From assembly GCA_021432655.1 (NCBI GenBank), contig MU271205.1, forward strand, positions 124,001-154,342: a stretch of 30,342 nucleotides of DNA, in the 5' to 3' direction. The position numbers were made by a program, and so were the translations under genes. Positions 1 through 10,954 of this stretch are shown here, piece after piece; within the stretch, counting starts at the first letter, position 1, and every line of letters begins with the position of its first letter. This stretch comes from Atractiella rhizophila. Its lineage: Eukaryota. Under the pieces are notes generated by a model that saw only the letters and a program-made list of their open reading frames with translations, had not been told where the DNA came from and searched no databases.

Positions 1-124
1 TTTTCACGCGAAGGCAGATTCGATGTGAATTCTGCCATGCTTTGTTAGAACATACAAGCAAGAAGAGGAAGAGTCCAATAAAGATCGAAGCAATTGAAGC
101 TACGAGAAACATTGACCCCTATCA

Positions 125-620
125 TTACAAGCTTCCTCCGATCAGATCATCGAGCACACAGACGACGGTTGTGACTGGTTTGTCGTTCTCGATGTCCCAG
201 CACCGAGGAGGAGAGCTGGATGCAAAGCAGACAGCTCAGTGTTCCGCCGACGTAGGCGAAAAGATATGCTCACGCGCAATACTGGATCAGATCTGCAAGT
301 CTTTGATCAGCGGAGATCAAGTCCCGAAAGCTAAGGCACTGACCGTCGAGATATGTCCTCATGTCACCCGTACGATATTGTCTTATATTCCCGTCCCACG
401 TAACGTTAAAGGTGAATCCGCTCAAGCAGTTTTGGCAATATCTCGCTGCTGATATCGTATTGGAACTACATGCCCCAGCTGTTACACCGTTACAGTTCTG
501 TGAGCATTGGAGCGCCCCAGCGGTCCCCATCCCTGTATTGAATTGAGGCTGGGGAAGTGAAAGAGCAAAGTCGAAGAAGAAAGCACGAAGCAAGACTTTT
601 GTTACTCGCTTCGACAACAT
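125..620 (-). CDS. Small cysteine-rich, probably secreted protein (~128 aa, 8 Cys, 3 exons)
   Basis: Exons 620-344, 292-274 and 215-125, with GT-AG introns at 293-343 and 216-273. Spliced product MLSKRVTKVLLRAFFFDFALSLPQPQ...CSQNC...C...YCQNC...YLDDLIQYCASPPRCWDIENDKPVTTVVCVLDDLIGGSL*. The N-terminus is signal-peptide-like but imperfect (contains an Asp). Confidence 0.7.
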
Positions 621-1439
621 CGCTGTGGTATTCTACGACAGTGGCTCAAGTCGATAATTTCCGAAAGCAGTTACCGTCGAGTTTCTGATGAGCACTTGAG
701 TAGGGATACCGCGTACACCGATCTGGATTTTATTGATGAGGACATGTTCTCAGAACAGAACAAGACGGATTTCTCGACCGTTCTCGTCTTCATGATGGGG
801 AACGAAATTGAAAAGTATCAATTGCTGGTCCTCAGATTACAGTATGCTTACAGCCCAGGTCACCCCGACACAGCCATTACCCAGACGACCCAGATCACTC
901 GGAGTTCACTCCAGATCCAATTTTCGCCCGTGCTCCATTCTTCCAGCGCGGTTGCAATGATGTTAGACTGGATGGGGCTTTGCATGGAGCTCCATTTTGA
1001 CGGCCTACGAATCAGAGTCAATCACGTTAGAATATTGAAATGGAAACTAAAGCCAACAGCCTAAGCTCCTGAGGCCTGAGGCTTGATCAACAATTCAAAG
1101 CAATAAATAAAGCAAAGCCAATTGACCCTGAGTAGCATTGCCACAAGTCCATACTGTTATTACTTATTTCTATCACTTTCATCGTTTGATCTCCTGTTTT
1201 GACTTTCTAAACCTCTAAATCTGAAAGACCGCATGGCGTCAGTGCAAGATTATCACCTGGACTGAGTCGGATGATGCGAAGAATGCCCTAGAAAAGGAAA
1301 GAGAAGAAGTAAATGAAGTCTTCGACGTTTGTTTCGCCACAAGCACATGTTGGCGCCCCTGGACTTTGGTTTGACTTGATCTGTCTAGAACTTCAAGCAT
1401 TTACATAATCAACGGGTTTGCTCCCATCTTTTTGCTTCC

Positions 1440-1621
1440 ATGAAGGCTCCCAGTAGATACCGTCGTCGGAATCTTTAAGCTTGCCCGTCCCACTCCTCCA
1501 CACTGCTCAGCTTCTCAAACCCTCCATATTATGCGCCAGCCAGGCGACCACATAATTACCCTCGTCCTACAGATCCGAAAAGGCTCGAAACGATACCACC
1601 TCAAACACCAGCTCAAATATC
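1440..1621 (+). pseudogene. Degenerate 5' fragment of the F-box-like gene (array copy 0)
   Basis: Homologous to ~2258-2432 (ctcccagtagatacc...cttgcccgtcccactcctcc...aattaccctcgtcc...caaatatc). Frameshifted right after the ATG and truncated at ~1621. Confidence 0.85.
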
Positions 1622-2257
1622 GTTCAAAGGTTTGGGGAATGATGAGAAGTAAGGTCTAGAAACGGTTGTATTATAGAGAATTATACAGTGAAGAAACTTG
1701 ATTAGCTCACCAGGCGGCTAAGCTCAGATGCGCATGTTAACTCTTTAGAGGAGAAAATCACCGCAGTTACTCCAGGCCGTTCGCTGCTCAATGCCGTTGG
1801 TTGCTAGCTGCAGGGTTTTCCTTCTAATAATTCCAGGTTGGACATGAGAATTGGGCATTGTGAACAGCAACAATGTTGTTGACGTGCGGGTGTTCTACGT
1901 TCACACAATGCTTTGTCAAACATGAAGGCGACACAAATGACGGTTGCGCATGAAAGAATCTTAAGAATGCGGATGAAACAAAATGTTCGGTATCAAAATC
2001 CAAGATGCACTTCGCCCAACATTGAAAGCTTGATCACTTGATTACTTGATTGGGTAGTATCGGCTGGCCTTCAAAGAGCGAGGCTTTAGGGCAAGTATGA
2101 GCGTCCAACCTCCTTGTTCGCTGCGGGGCTGACACCATGTCTCAGGAGTTGTGATAAAGACCGAACTCACTTCTTCTTTGACTAGATTTGACTACAACTT
2201 CTTCTACCTTTTAAACGGTTTTACTTCCATCTGCACCGCACAAAGCGCTCAAGCAGG
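1622..2257 (+). repeat. Duplicated upstream/promoter region of the F-box gene (paralog at ~8107-8737)
   Basis: Collinear similarity from aatgatgagaagtaaggt to caaagcgctcaagcagga, with small indels. Confidence 0.9.
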
Positions 2258-3649
2258 ATGTCGCTCCCAGTAGATACCCTTGTCGAGATTTTCAAACTTG
2301 CCCGTCCCACTCCTCCTGACCTTTTCAGTTTCTCCAACCCGCCCATGCCCGTCAAGCGAGACCACAATTATCCTCGTCCGGCAGATTCCATAGGCTCGGA
2401 ACGATACCCCTACAAATACCAGATCAAATATCAACTATATCAGCGGGACCTCTTCCGCTTCGCCCAAGTGGCAAAGAATTGGAGGAGCGCGGTTTCGGAG
2501 GTATTGAGGAGTGGCTACCTGACTGCGAGGATCAAAAGCAAGAAGGGAGCGGAGGGTCTAATTGAAGTTTTGAGTGACAGCGAGAAGAAAATCCCGGGGT
2601 GGAAGTTTCAAAGACTCGTGTTTGATTACGATGCTTCCTTGAAAGGATCAAGAGGACAGAGCACATACATGCGCCAAACCTTCGGAGCGACTCGAACAGA
2701 AGCAGAGAAGTGGGGCCTACCTACGTGGAAGAATACTGTGGAACTTCTTCGTCTTCCGTCGTGCAACGAGAATCTTCAATTCCTCTCCTTCATCGATCCC
2801 TGGTTCAAGAGAGATTGGCAAAATGATGATTTTGTTCCATATCCCGAAGCGGCCATCAAGCCAGAAGGAACATTTCAGACCCTTCCACAAGAAATGTCAA
2901 CGATTCAAAATGGACTGCCCCTTGCTTTTCCAGTTTTGACCGAATTTGCCTTTCAAGAAGCATTCAACTTTCCCAAGCCCCTTCTCTTCTGCCTCCTCTC
3001 AAAGATGCCTCAGCTCAAGATTCTCGCTCTCGGCGATATATTTGATTCTTGGGATACTCAAGGAGGCTATCCTCCAGAACCGACCTACCAACTTCACACC
3101 CTCAAGATGACTGCTGGAAGTCACTACCAACGCATGTTGTTAGAAGACGATTATAGATTCATCTTGAAGTCCTCCGTTGGCGCCAATTCCATCCAAACCT
3201 TCTCCCTTGTAGCCGGTGGCTATGGTGAAGATGAGAAACCTCTTTTCCCTGACGATATGTACGCTCCCCTCGCGTCCAACCTCAGGAGCGCAACATTCAT
3301 CGACATGCCGACAAAAGCGAGCGCCATCATTTCCCGTGCTCCAAAGTTGAAGGAACTTGTCAGCGTCGATAAACATAACCGCAGTACCCTATTTGACCGA
3401 ATGAAAGCCTTCCCTGAGGATGCGTCAATCGAGAGGATTTGGGAACGTTATAATCAATTTAGGGATCAAGCAACGGTGTCCGAGCTCGCGAAGTGTCTGG
3501 AAATGGACAGCAAGGGCAGCTTCAAACATCTCAAGTTGATCAGAATTTCTGTGGAGCGATGGTACGACACGTCTTCGAAGGAACAGCTTCAACCTTTCGT
3601 GCAGGTATGCAAGAGGTTGGGTGTCCAGATAGAGTGGGACACTACATGA
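2258..3649 (+). CDS. Intronless F-box-like / LRR-like protein, 463 aa (array copy 1, intact)
   Basis: Uninterrupted ORF. Split F-box pattern LPVDTLVEIFKLA...DLFRFAQVAKNWRSAVSEVL, followed by LxxLxL-type segments (PVLTEFAF, PQLKILAL, QLHTLKM, NLRSATF, PKLKELV, KHLKLIRI). The domain call is from motif recognition only. Confidence 0.75.
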   Translation: MSLPVDTLVEIFKLARPTPPDLFSFSNPPMPVKRDHNYPRPADSIGSERYPYKYQIKYQLYQRDLFRFAQVAKNWRSAVSEVLRSGYLTARIKSKKGAEGLIEVLSDSEKKIPGWKFQRLVFDYDASLKGSRGQSTYMRQTFGATRTEAEKWGLPTWKNTVELLRLPSCNENLQFLSFIDPWFKRDWQNDDFVPYPEAAIKPEGTFQTLPQEMSTIQNGLPLAFPVLTEFAFQEAFNFPKPLLFCLLSKMPQLKILALGDIFDSWDTQGGYPPEPTYQLHTLKMTAGSHYQRMLLEDDYRFILKSSVGANSIQTFSLVAGGYGEDEKPLFPDDMYAPLASNLRSATFIDMPTKASAIISRAPKLKELVSVDKHNRSTLFDRMKAFPEDASIERIWERYNQFRDQATVSELAKCLEMDSKGSFKHLKLIRISVERWYDTSSKEQLQPFVQVCKRLGVQIEWDTT

Positions 3650-3998
3650 CGGACGTGGGTTGGCATTTCCACCATTGTGCCCAGTTGACTGTATCCTCCA
3701 GCATCCAATGTCTTCCTCACAAGAATTCACCCAAATCCTGTCAGAGCATTTTGTCGTTTGGTCTTCCTGTCTTTCCGATTGCCTTTTGAGAAGTGCACAT
3801 ATCAATGAACAAAATGAGACATGGATGTTTCGCATGATACCATCTGCTCCCAGCACCGATAACGGTAAACAAATGCGGAGAAGTATCGCAGCTTTTGAGA
3901 TATACCGACGTAACTACTTGAGCTTGCAGGAGAGGAGAAAGACAACATTGACCAAACAAAGACCTCAAACGCAAAATGAGGCAAGCTTCCACTAACGT

Positions 3999-5063
3999 AT
4001 CAAGCTGCGATTGTTTATTTACATAACCCACCGCTCTATGGACGCCCCCAATTATTACATTCCAGCCCATTATATTCCCAGGATTACTGAAATCGTCTAG
4101 GTCGTCCGGGTTGATGTAAATTTCAGCCTCTGTGGCAGGTATAGGCTGCAAAGTGGTGGCATCGATTGTTGGTAGGGGTGGAACGGACGATCCAGCAGGG
4201 GGATAGACACATACGCTTCAGTGACAGCGGTAGTGATGTCAAGTCCAGGGAAATTCCCTGCGGCGGCATAGCCTGTTCCCGCTAAAATGATGGAGCTAGC
4301 TGGCGAAACTTGATTGCCGTTGTGTGGAGGGTACATGGTCTGACCATTGATTGGCTAGTGACTTGTTCTGTCTGTTGGGGATGTGGTCGACCTGGTTGCC
4401 GAACTTGTGAGTTGCGGGCCAAATCGGAAGGAGAAGTCGGTTGAAATGGCTCCAGTGATGTTGCCAGCAGTCGGGGGGACAGCCGTGACCTCTACGTCGA
4501 ACTACCACCGTCGGAAAGGGTATGCGCATGAATGATGCGCCTGGGAAGCTCTGAGGTACCGTGGAGTCAGCTCTTTGACTGGCTGGCTCATGAGTTAGGA
4601 ATGGGTTGACATCGTCAAGAGATGGCACCGAATTTAACGCTGCGGTCGAGATCCTGAGAAAGGTCGGAACGTGACAATTTGGCGTCCGAAACCTCAGGAT
4701 CCTCTATTGCTGATAACAGTCCTTGCAACGTCTCAACTGAAAGTACGACGAACAAAGGAGCTCAATTCCCAATATCATGACACCGCTGGCGACCTTGTAA
4801 GCCAACCAGCCCACTTCTGCTTCGTGGCCAGCTCCGCGAGGTGGCGAGAATTATCTAAAGACCCGTTAATTGTGAATAGTAAAATGATACCGCGGTGCTA
4901 ACCCTCGAGTACTTGAGGCATCAGGACGTTGAATATGCGTATTCTGCATTGTGATACCCGAGGATAAGGTCAACACGATGGATTCGAATATATTCTTGAA
5001 CAAGACGGATCCAAAATCGTGCTTAAAGGACCGTCAGAAACAATCAATTTCACGGAAGACAGC
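3999..5063 (-). pseudogene. 3'-end fragment A of the Zn2Cys6/fungal-specific TF
   Basis: Homologous to 10955-~11708 and to the mirrored TF tail. Has frameshifts and a deletion equivalent to 11121-11300. Confidence 0.85.
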
Positions 5064-5708
5064 ATGCCTCAGCTCAAGATTCTCGCTCTCGGCGATATAT
5101 TTGATTCTTGGGATACTCAAGGAGGCTATCCTCCAGAACCGACCTACCAACTTCACACCCTCAAGATGACTGCTGGAAGTCACTACCAACGCATGTTGTT
5201 AGAAGACGATTATAGATTCATCTTGAAGTCCTCCGTTAGCGCCAATTCCATCCAAACCTTCTCCCTCGTAGCCGGTGGCTATGGTGAAGACGAGAAACCT
5301 CTTTTCCCTGACGATATGTACGCTCCCCTCGCGTCCAACCTCAGGAGCGCAACATTCATCGACATGCCGACAAAAAGAAGCGCCATCATTTCTCGTGCTC
5401 CAAAATTGAAGGAACTTGTCAGCGTCGATAAACATAACCGCAGTACCCTATTTGACCGAATGAAAGCCTTCCCTGCGGATGCGTCAATCGAGAGGATTTG
5501 GGAACGTTATAATCAATTTAGGGATCAAGCCACGGTGTCCGAGCTCGCGAAGTGTCTGGAAATGGACAGCAAGGGCAGCTTCAAACACCTCAAGTTGATC
5601 AGAATTTCTGTGGAGCGATGGTATGACACGTCTTCGAAGGAACAGCTTCAACCTTTCGTGGAGGCATGCAAGAGGTTGGGTGTCCAGGTAGAGTGGGACA
5701 CTACATGA
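5064..5708 (+). pseudogene. 5'-truncated F-box gene copy 2 (C-terminal 214 codons, open frame)
   Basis: About 15 nt differences from 3005-3649 by manual count. Lacks the promoter and F-box and begins at an internal Met codon. Confidence 0.85.
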
Positions 5709-6057
5709 CGGACGTGGGTTGGCATTTCCACCATTGTGCCCAGTTGACTGTATCCTCCAGCATCCAATGTCTTCCTCACAAGAATGCACCCAAATCCTGT
5801 CAGAGCATTTTGTTGTTTGGTCTTCCTGTCTTTCCGATTGCCTTTTGAGAAGTGCACATATCAATGAACAAAATGAGACATGGATGTTTCGCATGATACC
5901 ATCTGCTCCCAGCACCGATAACGGTAAGCAAATGCGGAGAAGTATCGCAGCTTTTGAGATATACCGACGTAACTGCTTGAGCTTGCAGGAGAGGAGAAAG
6001 ACAACATTGACCAAACAAAGACCTCAAACGCAAAATGAGGCAAGCTTCCACTAACGT

Positions 6058-7845
6058 ATCAAGCTGCGATTGCTTATTTACATAACCCACCGCTCTATGG
6101 ACGCCCCCAATTATTACATTCCAGCCCATTATATTCCCAGGATTAGTGAAATCGTCTAGGTCGTCCGGGTTGATGTAAATTTCAGCCTCTGTAGCAGGTA
6201 TAGGCTGCAAAGTGTGGCATCGATTGTTGGTAGGGGTGGAACGGACGATCCAGCAAGGGGATAGACACAGACGCTTCAGTATCAGCGGTAGTGATGTCAA
6301 GTCCAGGGAGATTCCCTGCGGCGGCATAGCCTGTTCCCGCTGAAATGATGGAGCTAGCTGGCGAAACTTGATTGCCGTTGGGTGGAGGGTACATGGTCTG
6401 ACCATTGATTGGCTGGTGACTTGTTCTGTCTGTTGGGGATGTGGTCGACCTGGTTGCCGAACTCGTGAGTTGCGGGCTAAATCGGAAGGAGAAGTCGGTT
6501 GAAATGGCTCCAGTGATGTTGGCAGCAGTCGGCGGGACAGCTCTGACCTCTACGTCGAACTGCCGCCGTCGGAAAGGGTATGCACGTGAATGATGCGCCA
6601 GGGTGGCTGTGAGGCACCGTGGAGTTAGCTCTTTGACTGGCTGGCTTATGAGTTAGGAATGAGTTGTCATCGTCGACAGATAGCACCGAATTTAACGCTT
6701 GCTCTAATGCCGATTTATGATGATTGGTCGATGTCCTGAGAATAGTTGGAACGTGACAATTTGGCGTCTGAAACCTCAGCATCCTCTATTGCTGATATCA
6801 GTCCTTGCAACATCTCAACTGAAAGTACTACGAACGAAGGAGCTCAATTCCCAACTGACAGCACCGCTGATGACCTTGTACGTCAACCCGCCCACTTCTG
6901 TTTCGTGGCCATCCTCAGGATGGTGAGAATTATCTAAAGACCCGTTAAATTGTGAATAGAATGATACGGCGGTACTAACCTTCGAGTACTTGAGGCATTG
7001 GGACGTCGAATATGCGCATTCTGCATTGTGATACCCGAGGATAAGGTCAGCACGATGGATTCGAATATATTCTTGAGCGAGACAGTCCAAAATCGTGCTT
7101 AAAGGACCGTCAGAAACAATCAATTTCAGGAAGACAGCACACTTTGTTCGCTGTCACATGATTAGAATGGGTGGAATAATATTCCAGTAGTCTTCTCTTC
7201 GAATTTTAACAGACAGAAAAAGAGGTAAGTTGTCGTTAATCTGCTCAGTGTTCGGCTATTGGACAGCACGAGGAGAGGAGCCGCACCGCCTGAATCTACA
7301 AATCGAGTTGAAAAACCTCCCTGTACGGTGAAACCTTCGATACCAACAGCGCGCTTAGACTGTGGCACTTGTTTATCAGCTTTATGTTAGGAGATAGAGA
7401 AGGCATACACTACTTTGAACGCGACTTGTGCTATCCGTCTTCGAATAAGCAAGGAGGTCATAACCGTCTCCCTCTTGCTGGTTTTCTTCACCGTCTGCTC
7501 AGCATCCTTGAACTCTTTCTTGCTAAAGTCTTCCTAATTCATGTGGTCAGACCGTTCTGTAATCGCAATGAGCTGAGAAACGTGGACTTGTTGGTAGTGG
7601 ACCCGAACTTACTGATATCGACGGCATCCTCATCGAAGTCCGACCACGCTCGTTCAAGAGAGCTGCAACATCGGCCATCGTGAGGATGGAACTTCCCCGC
7701 TGACGGCTTCTCGAGCGGCACAAAGGCAAAACTGTGTCGGAAGCGAAATGAGCTGATAGTTATTTGATCCCGATGAAAGCTCACTAGCGCTCACTGAGCA
7801 TTGATAATGATAAAGGCTCGGATGGCATCGAGCGTTGGCGTATCC
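6058..7845 (-). pseudogene. 3'-end fragment B of the Zn2Cys6/fungal-specific TF
   Basis: Homologous to 10955-12600. Has deletions equivalent to 11121-11300 and ~12262-12432 (the LGLNRDP...EDRRR exon region) and frameshifts, and lacks the 5' half. Confidence 0.85.
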
Positions 7846-8737
7846 GTGTTGAGCGTGTTTCTTTCTTGTCCCGGGAGAACACCAGAACGTGACTACACAA
7901 AACACAACTTTATTCATTCACACAGCTTGGAATGGAATGGGATGGAGAATGGGAACAACCCGACAGAGACGCAAGACAGTGGAAGGGCGTTAGATTTGGG
8001 GGAATCAGGTATTTGAAGTAACAGTACACCGCTAGAACGAGTCTCAAAGCCAGTGGTGAGGTAATTAGCTGCAAACGGTGAGCAGTTCCGCTTCATTTCC
8101 TCATTTGATCAAATGTTTGGGAAATGATGAGAAGTAAGGTCGAGAAACGGTTGTGTCGTAGAGAAGTATGCAGTAAAGAAACTTCATTAGAAGTTCACTA
8201 GGTTGGCCAAGCTCAGACGCATGTTAGCGCATGTTAACTCTTGAGAGGAGTCACCACACTTATTACAGGCCATTCGCTGTTCAATACAGTTGTTTGCTAG
8301 CTGCAGGGGTTCTCGTTCTAATAATCCAGGTTGGACATGAGAATTGGCATGGAACAGCAACATTGATGCTGTCGTGCACGTGTTCTACCTTCACAGAATG
8401 CTTTGTTAAATAATGTAGGCGACATAGATGATGGTTGCGCAATGGCATCTTAATCTCAAGAACGCAGATGAAACGAAATGTTTGATATCAAATTCCAAGA
8501 TGCACTTTGTCCAGCATTGAAACCTAGATTACGTGATTAGTTAGTATCGGCTGGGCTTCAAAAAGCGAGGCTTTAGGGCATGTATGAGCGTCTAACCAGT
8601 TCGCTGCGGGGCTCTCAGGAGTTGTGATAAAGACCGAACTCACTTCTTCTTTGACTTGATCTGACTACAACCTCCTCCAGCTTTTAAACGGTTAAACTTC
8701 CGTCTGCCACCGCACAAAGCGCTCAAGCAGGAGCAGG

Positions 8738-9330
8738 ATGTCGCTCCCAGTGGATACCCTTGTCGAAATTTTCAAACTTGCCCGTCCCACTCCTCCTGAC
8801 CTTTTCAGTTTCTCCAACCCGCCCAATTCTACGCCAGTCGAGCAACATCGCAGTTATCCTCGTCCAGCAGATTCCACAGGCTCGGAACGATACCCCTACA
8901 AATACCAAATCAAATATCAACTATATCAGCGGGACCTCTTCCGCTTTGCTCAAGTGGCCAAGAATTGGAGAAACGCAGTCTCGGAAGTGTTGAGGACCGG
9001 CTACCTGACTGCGAGGATCAAAAGCAAGAAGGGAGCAGAGACTCTGATTGAGGTTCTGAGCGACAGCGAGAAGAAAATCCTGGGGTGGAAGTTTCAAAGA
9101 CTGGTGTTCGACTATGATGCTTCCTTGAAAGGCTGCTCAAGAGGACAGAGCACGTACGGGTACGAAACTTTCGGAGCGACTCGAACAGAAGCGGAGAAGT
9201 GGGGCTTACCTACGTGGAAGAATACTGTGGAACTTCTTCGTCTTCCGGCGTGCAACGAGAATCTTCAATTCCTCTCCTTCGTCGATCCCTGGTTCCGGGA
9301 ATATGATGATTTTGTTCCGTATCCTGAAGC
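8738..9330 (+). CDS. F-box-like gene copy 3, 5' part; the 3' part is present mirror-reversed at 10760->9958
   Basis: Paralog of the ORF at 2258 up to PYPEA. Reading 10760 backwards without complementing continues in frame as PIKPEGKFHLLPQEMSTIQNGLPLAFPVL...IEWDILQ*. About 464 aa, allowing for one extra C at 10083-10084. Confidence 0.85.
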
Positions 9331-10760
9331 GTGGTGACTCCCTAGAAACAAGCGGGGCTATAGTAGTGACGACCTCGGAGGAAACATAGGTTGGCACGGT
9401 TGTTGTCTACGGTTGTGAAAGGTCGGATATGGATGGGGTCTACGATTGTAAATGGATTCGGGCCTAGAAACCTTCTTGAACCTGCTAAAATGACTAGGAC
9501 CCTTATACTGCCGTCTGACCTTACGTTACAAACTCCCGTACTTATCTCTCTACCCAATACATTTACTTAGCGTCTGAACTATTGATGCTGTAACTTCGAA
9601 CGAAGCAAAACCACAAAACTCCAGAAACAACACTAATTACAAGAGAAAGAGGAAAAAGAACTTCGAGTTCACCAATGCAGCCGTACAGAGTTTTCGACAC
9701 TATGGAGAGGAGTTAGCAAAAGTCAACAGCCACGACACTCGTCTAACATAGTATACCTTGTACGTTCAGAGTAAGACAGGTGAAAGCAGGTGATTATGGT
9801 TAGTGAAGCAATGGTGCGTTCTTCTGGGCCGCTGTTCTTTAAGCCTTGGGTTTCCGCGATCAATCTTTTAACCTACTGAAAAACACTCCTTGTGTAACCT
9901 ACGACCGGCTATGTCAGTTGCGTCGTCTTATCACCTTTACCTTGTGTGGAAGTAACGAGTAACGTTATATAGGGTGAGATAGAGCTATCGGCTAGAGACC
10001 GTGTGGAGGTGTTTTCCAACTTCGACAAGGAAGCGTAGGCAGAGTCTGCTAACGTGGTGTCTTTAAGACTAGTTGAACTCCACCGAATTTCGATGGGAGC
10101 GATAGGTAAAGCTCTGCGAAGCGCTCGACCCTGTGGCAAGGAACTAGGGATATAAGTAACATAGCCAGGGTTTAGTAGAGTTAGCTGCGTAGGGGTCCTT
10201 TCCGCAAGTAAGCCAGTTTATTCCATCACACCGATACTAATAGCTGCGACTGTTCAAGGAAGTTGAAACCTCGTACCCCTTACTACCGCAAACGGAAGCA
10301 GCTGTACAGCTACTTGTAACGCCAGGACTCCAACCTCCGCTCCCCTCGTATGTGTAGTAGTCCCTTTTCTCCAAAGAGCAGACGTGGTATCGGCACTCGA
10401 TGCTCCATCTTTCAAACCTAGCTTAATCGCGCTTCCCTCCTCAAGTTCTACTTAGATATTAGCAGAAGATTATTGTGCGCAGCCATCACTGAAGGTCGCC
10501 AGTAGAACTCCCATACTTCAACCATCCATCCAAGGCCTCCTATAGGAGGAACTCATAGGGTTCTTCGTTTACATAGCGGTTCTCGCTCTTAGAACTCAAC
10601 TCCGTAGAAACTCTCCTCCGTCTTCTCTTCCCCGAACCCTTTCAACTTACGGAGAACCTTCCGTTTAAGCCAGTTTTGACCTTTCCGTTCCCCGTCAGGT
10701 AAAACTTATCAGCTGTAAAGAACGCCTTCATTTACTTTAAAAGGAAGACCGAACTAACCG
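9331..10760. other. 1430-bp mirror-reversed (non-complemented) segment; probable assembly artefact
   Basis: The plain reverse (gccaatcaagccagaaggaa...) aligns collinearly with ~2851-4266. I recognised no homology to the array in the forward or reverse-complement reading. Confidence 0.95.
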
Positions 10761-10954
10761 NNNNNNNNNNNNNNNNNNNNNNNNNNNNNNNNNNNNNNNN
10801 NNNNNNNNNNNNNNNNNNNNNNNNNNNNNNNNNNNNNNNNNNNNNNNNNNNNNNNNNNNNNNNNNNNNNNNNNNNNNNNNNNNNNNNNNNNNNNNNNNNN
10901 NNNNNNNNNNNNNNNNNNNNNNNNNNNNNNNNNNNNNNNNNNNNNNNNNNNNNN
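10761..10954. other. Assembly gap (194 N)
   Basis: Run of N. It falls inside the last coding exon of the TF. Confidence 1.

Larger units (their letters stand above)
3005..7138 (+). repeat. Direct tandem duplication, unit ~2.06 kb (3005-5063 and 5064-7138)
   Basis: The second unit restarts at ATGCCTCAGCTCAAG (=3005) directly after ...ggaagacagc (5063). The same ggaagacagc ends unit 2 at ~7138. Confidence 0.95.

Noticed and set aside
696..1064. 122-aa + strand ORF
   Set aside because: TTG start, no motif, and it lies in the intergenic region upstream of the secreted-protein gene.
3425..6405. Minus-strand ORFs such as 3425-3856, 5484-6014 and 5800-6405 as separate genes
   Set aside because: They are antisense shadows of the F-box copies or read-through of decayed TF tails.
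3005..7138. RIP-like hypermutation of the duplicates
   Set aside because: Differences are sparse, include transversions and indels, and leave the F-box frames open.
7928..7953. Degenerate (AATGG)n tract
   Set aside because: Only about four imperfect units, too short to be meaningful.
9342..10139. ORFs 9342-9557 and 9909-10139
   Set aside because: Chance frames within mirror-reversed sequence.
9331..10760. Biological inversion or foreign insertion disrupting F-box copy 3
   Set aside because: Only the uncomplemented reverse matches the paralogs, and it restores frame and collinearity exactly. I saw no target-site duplication or terminal repeats.
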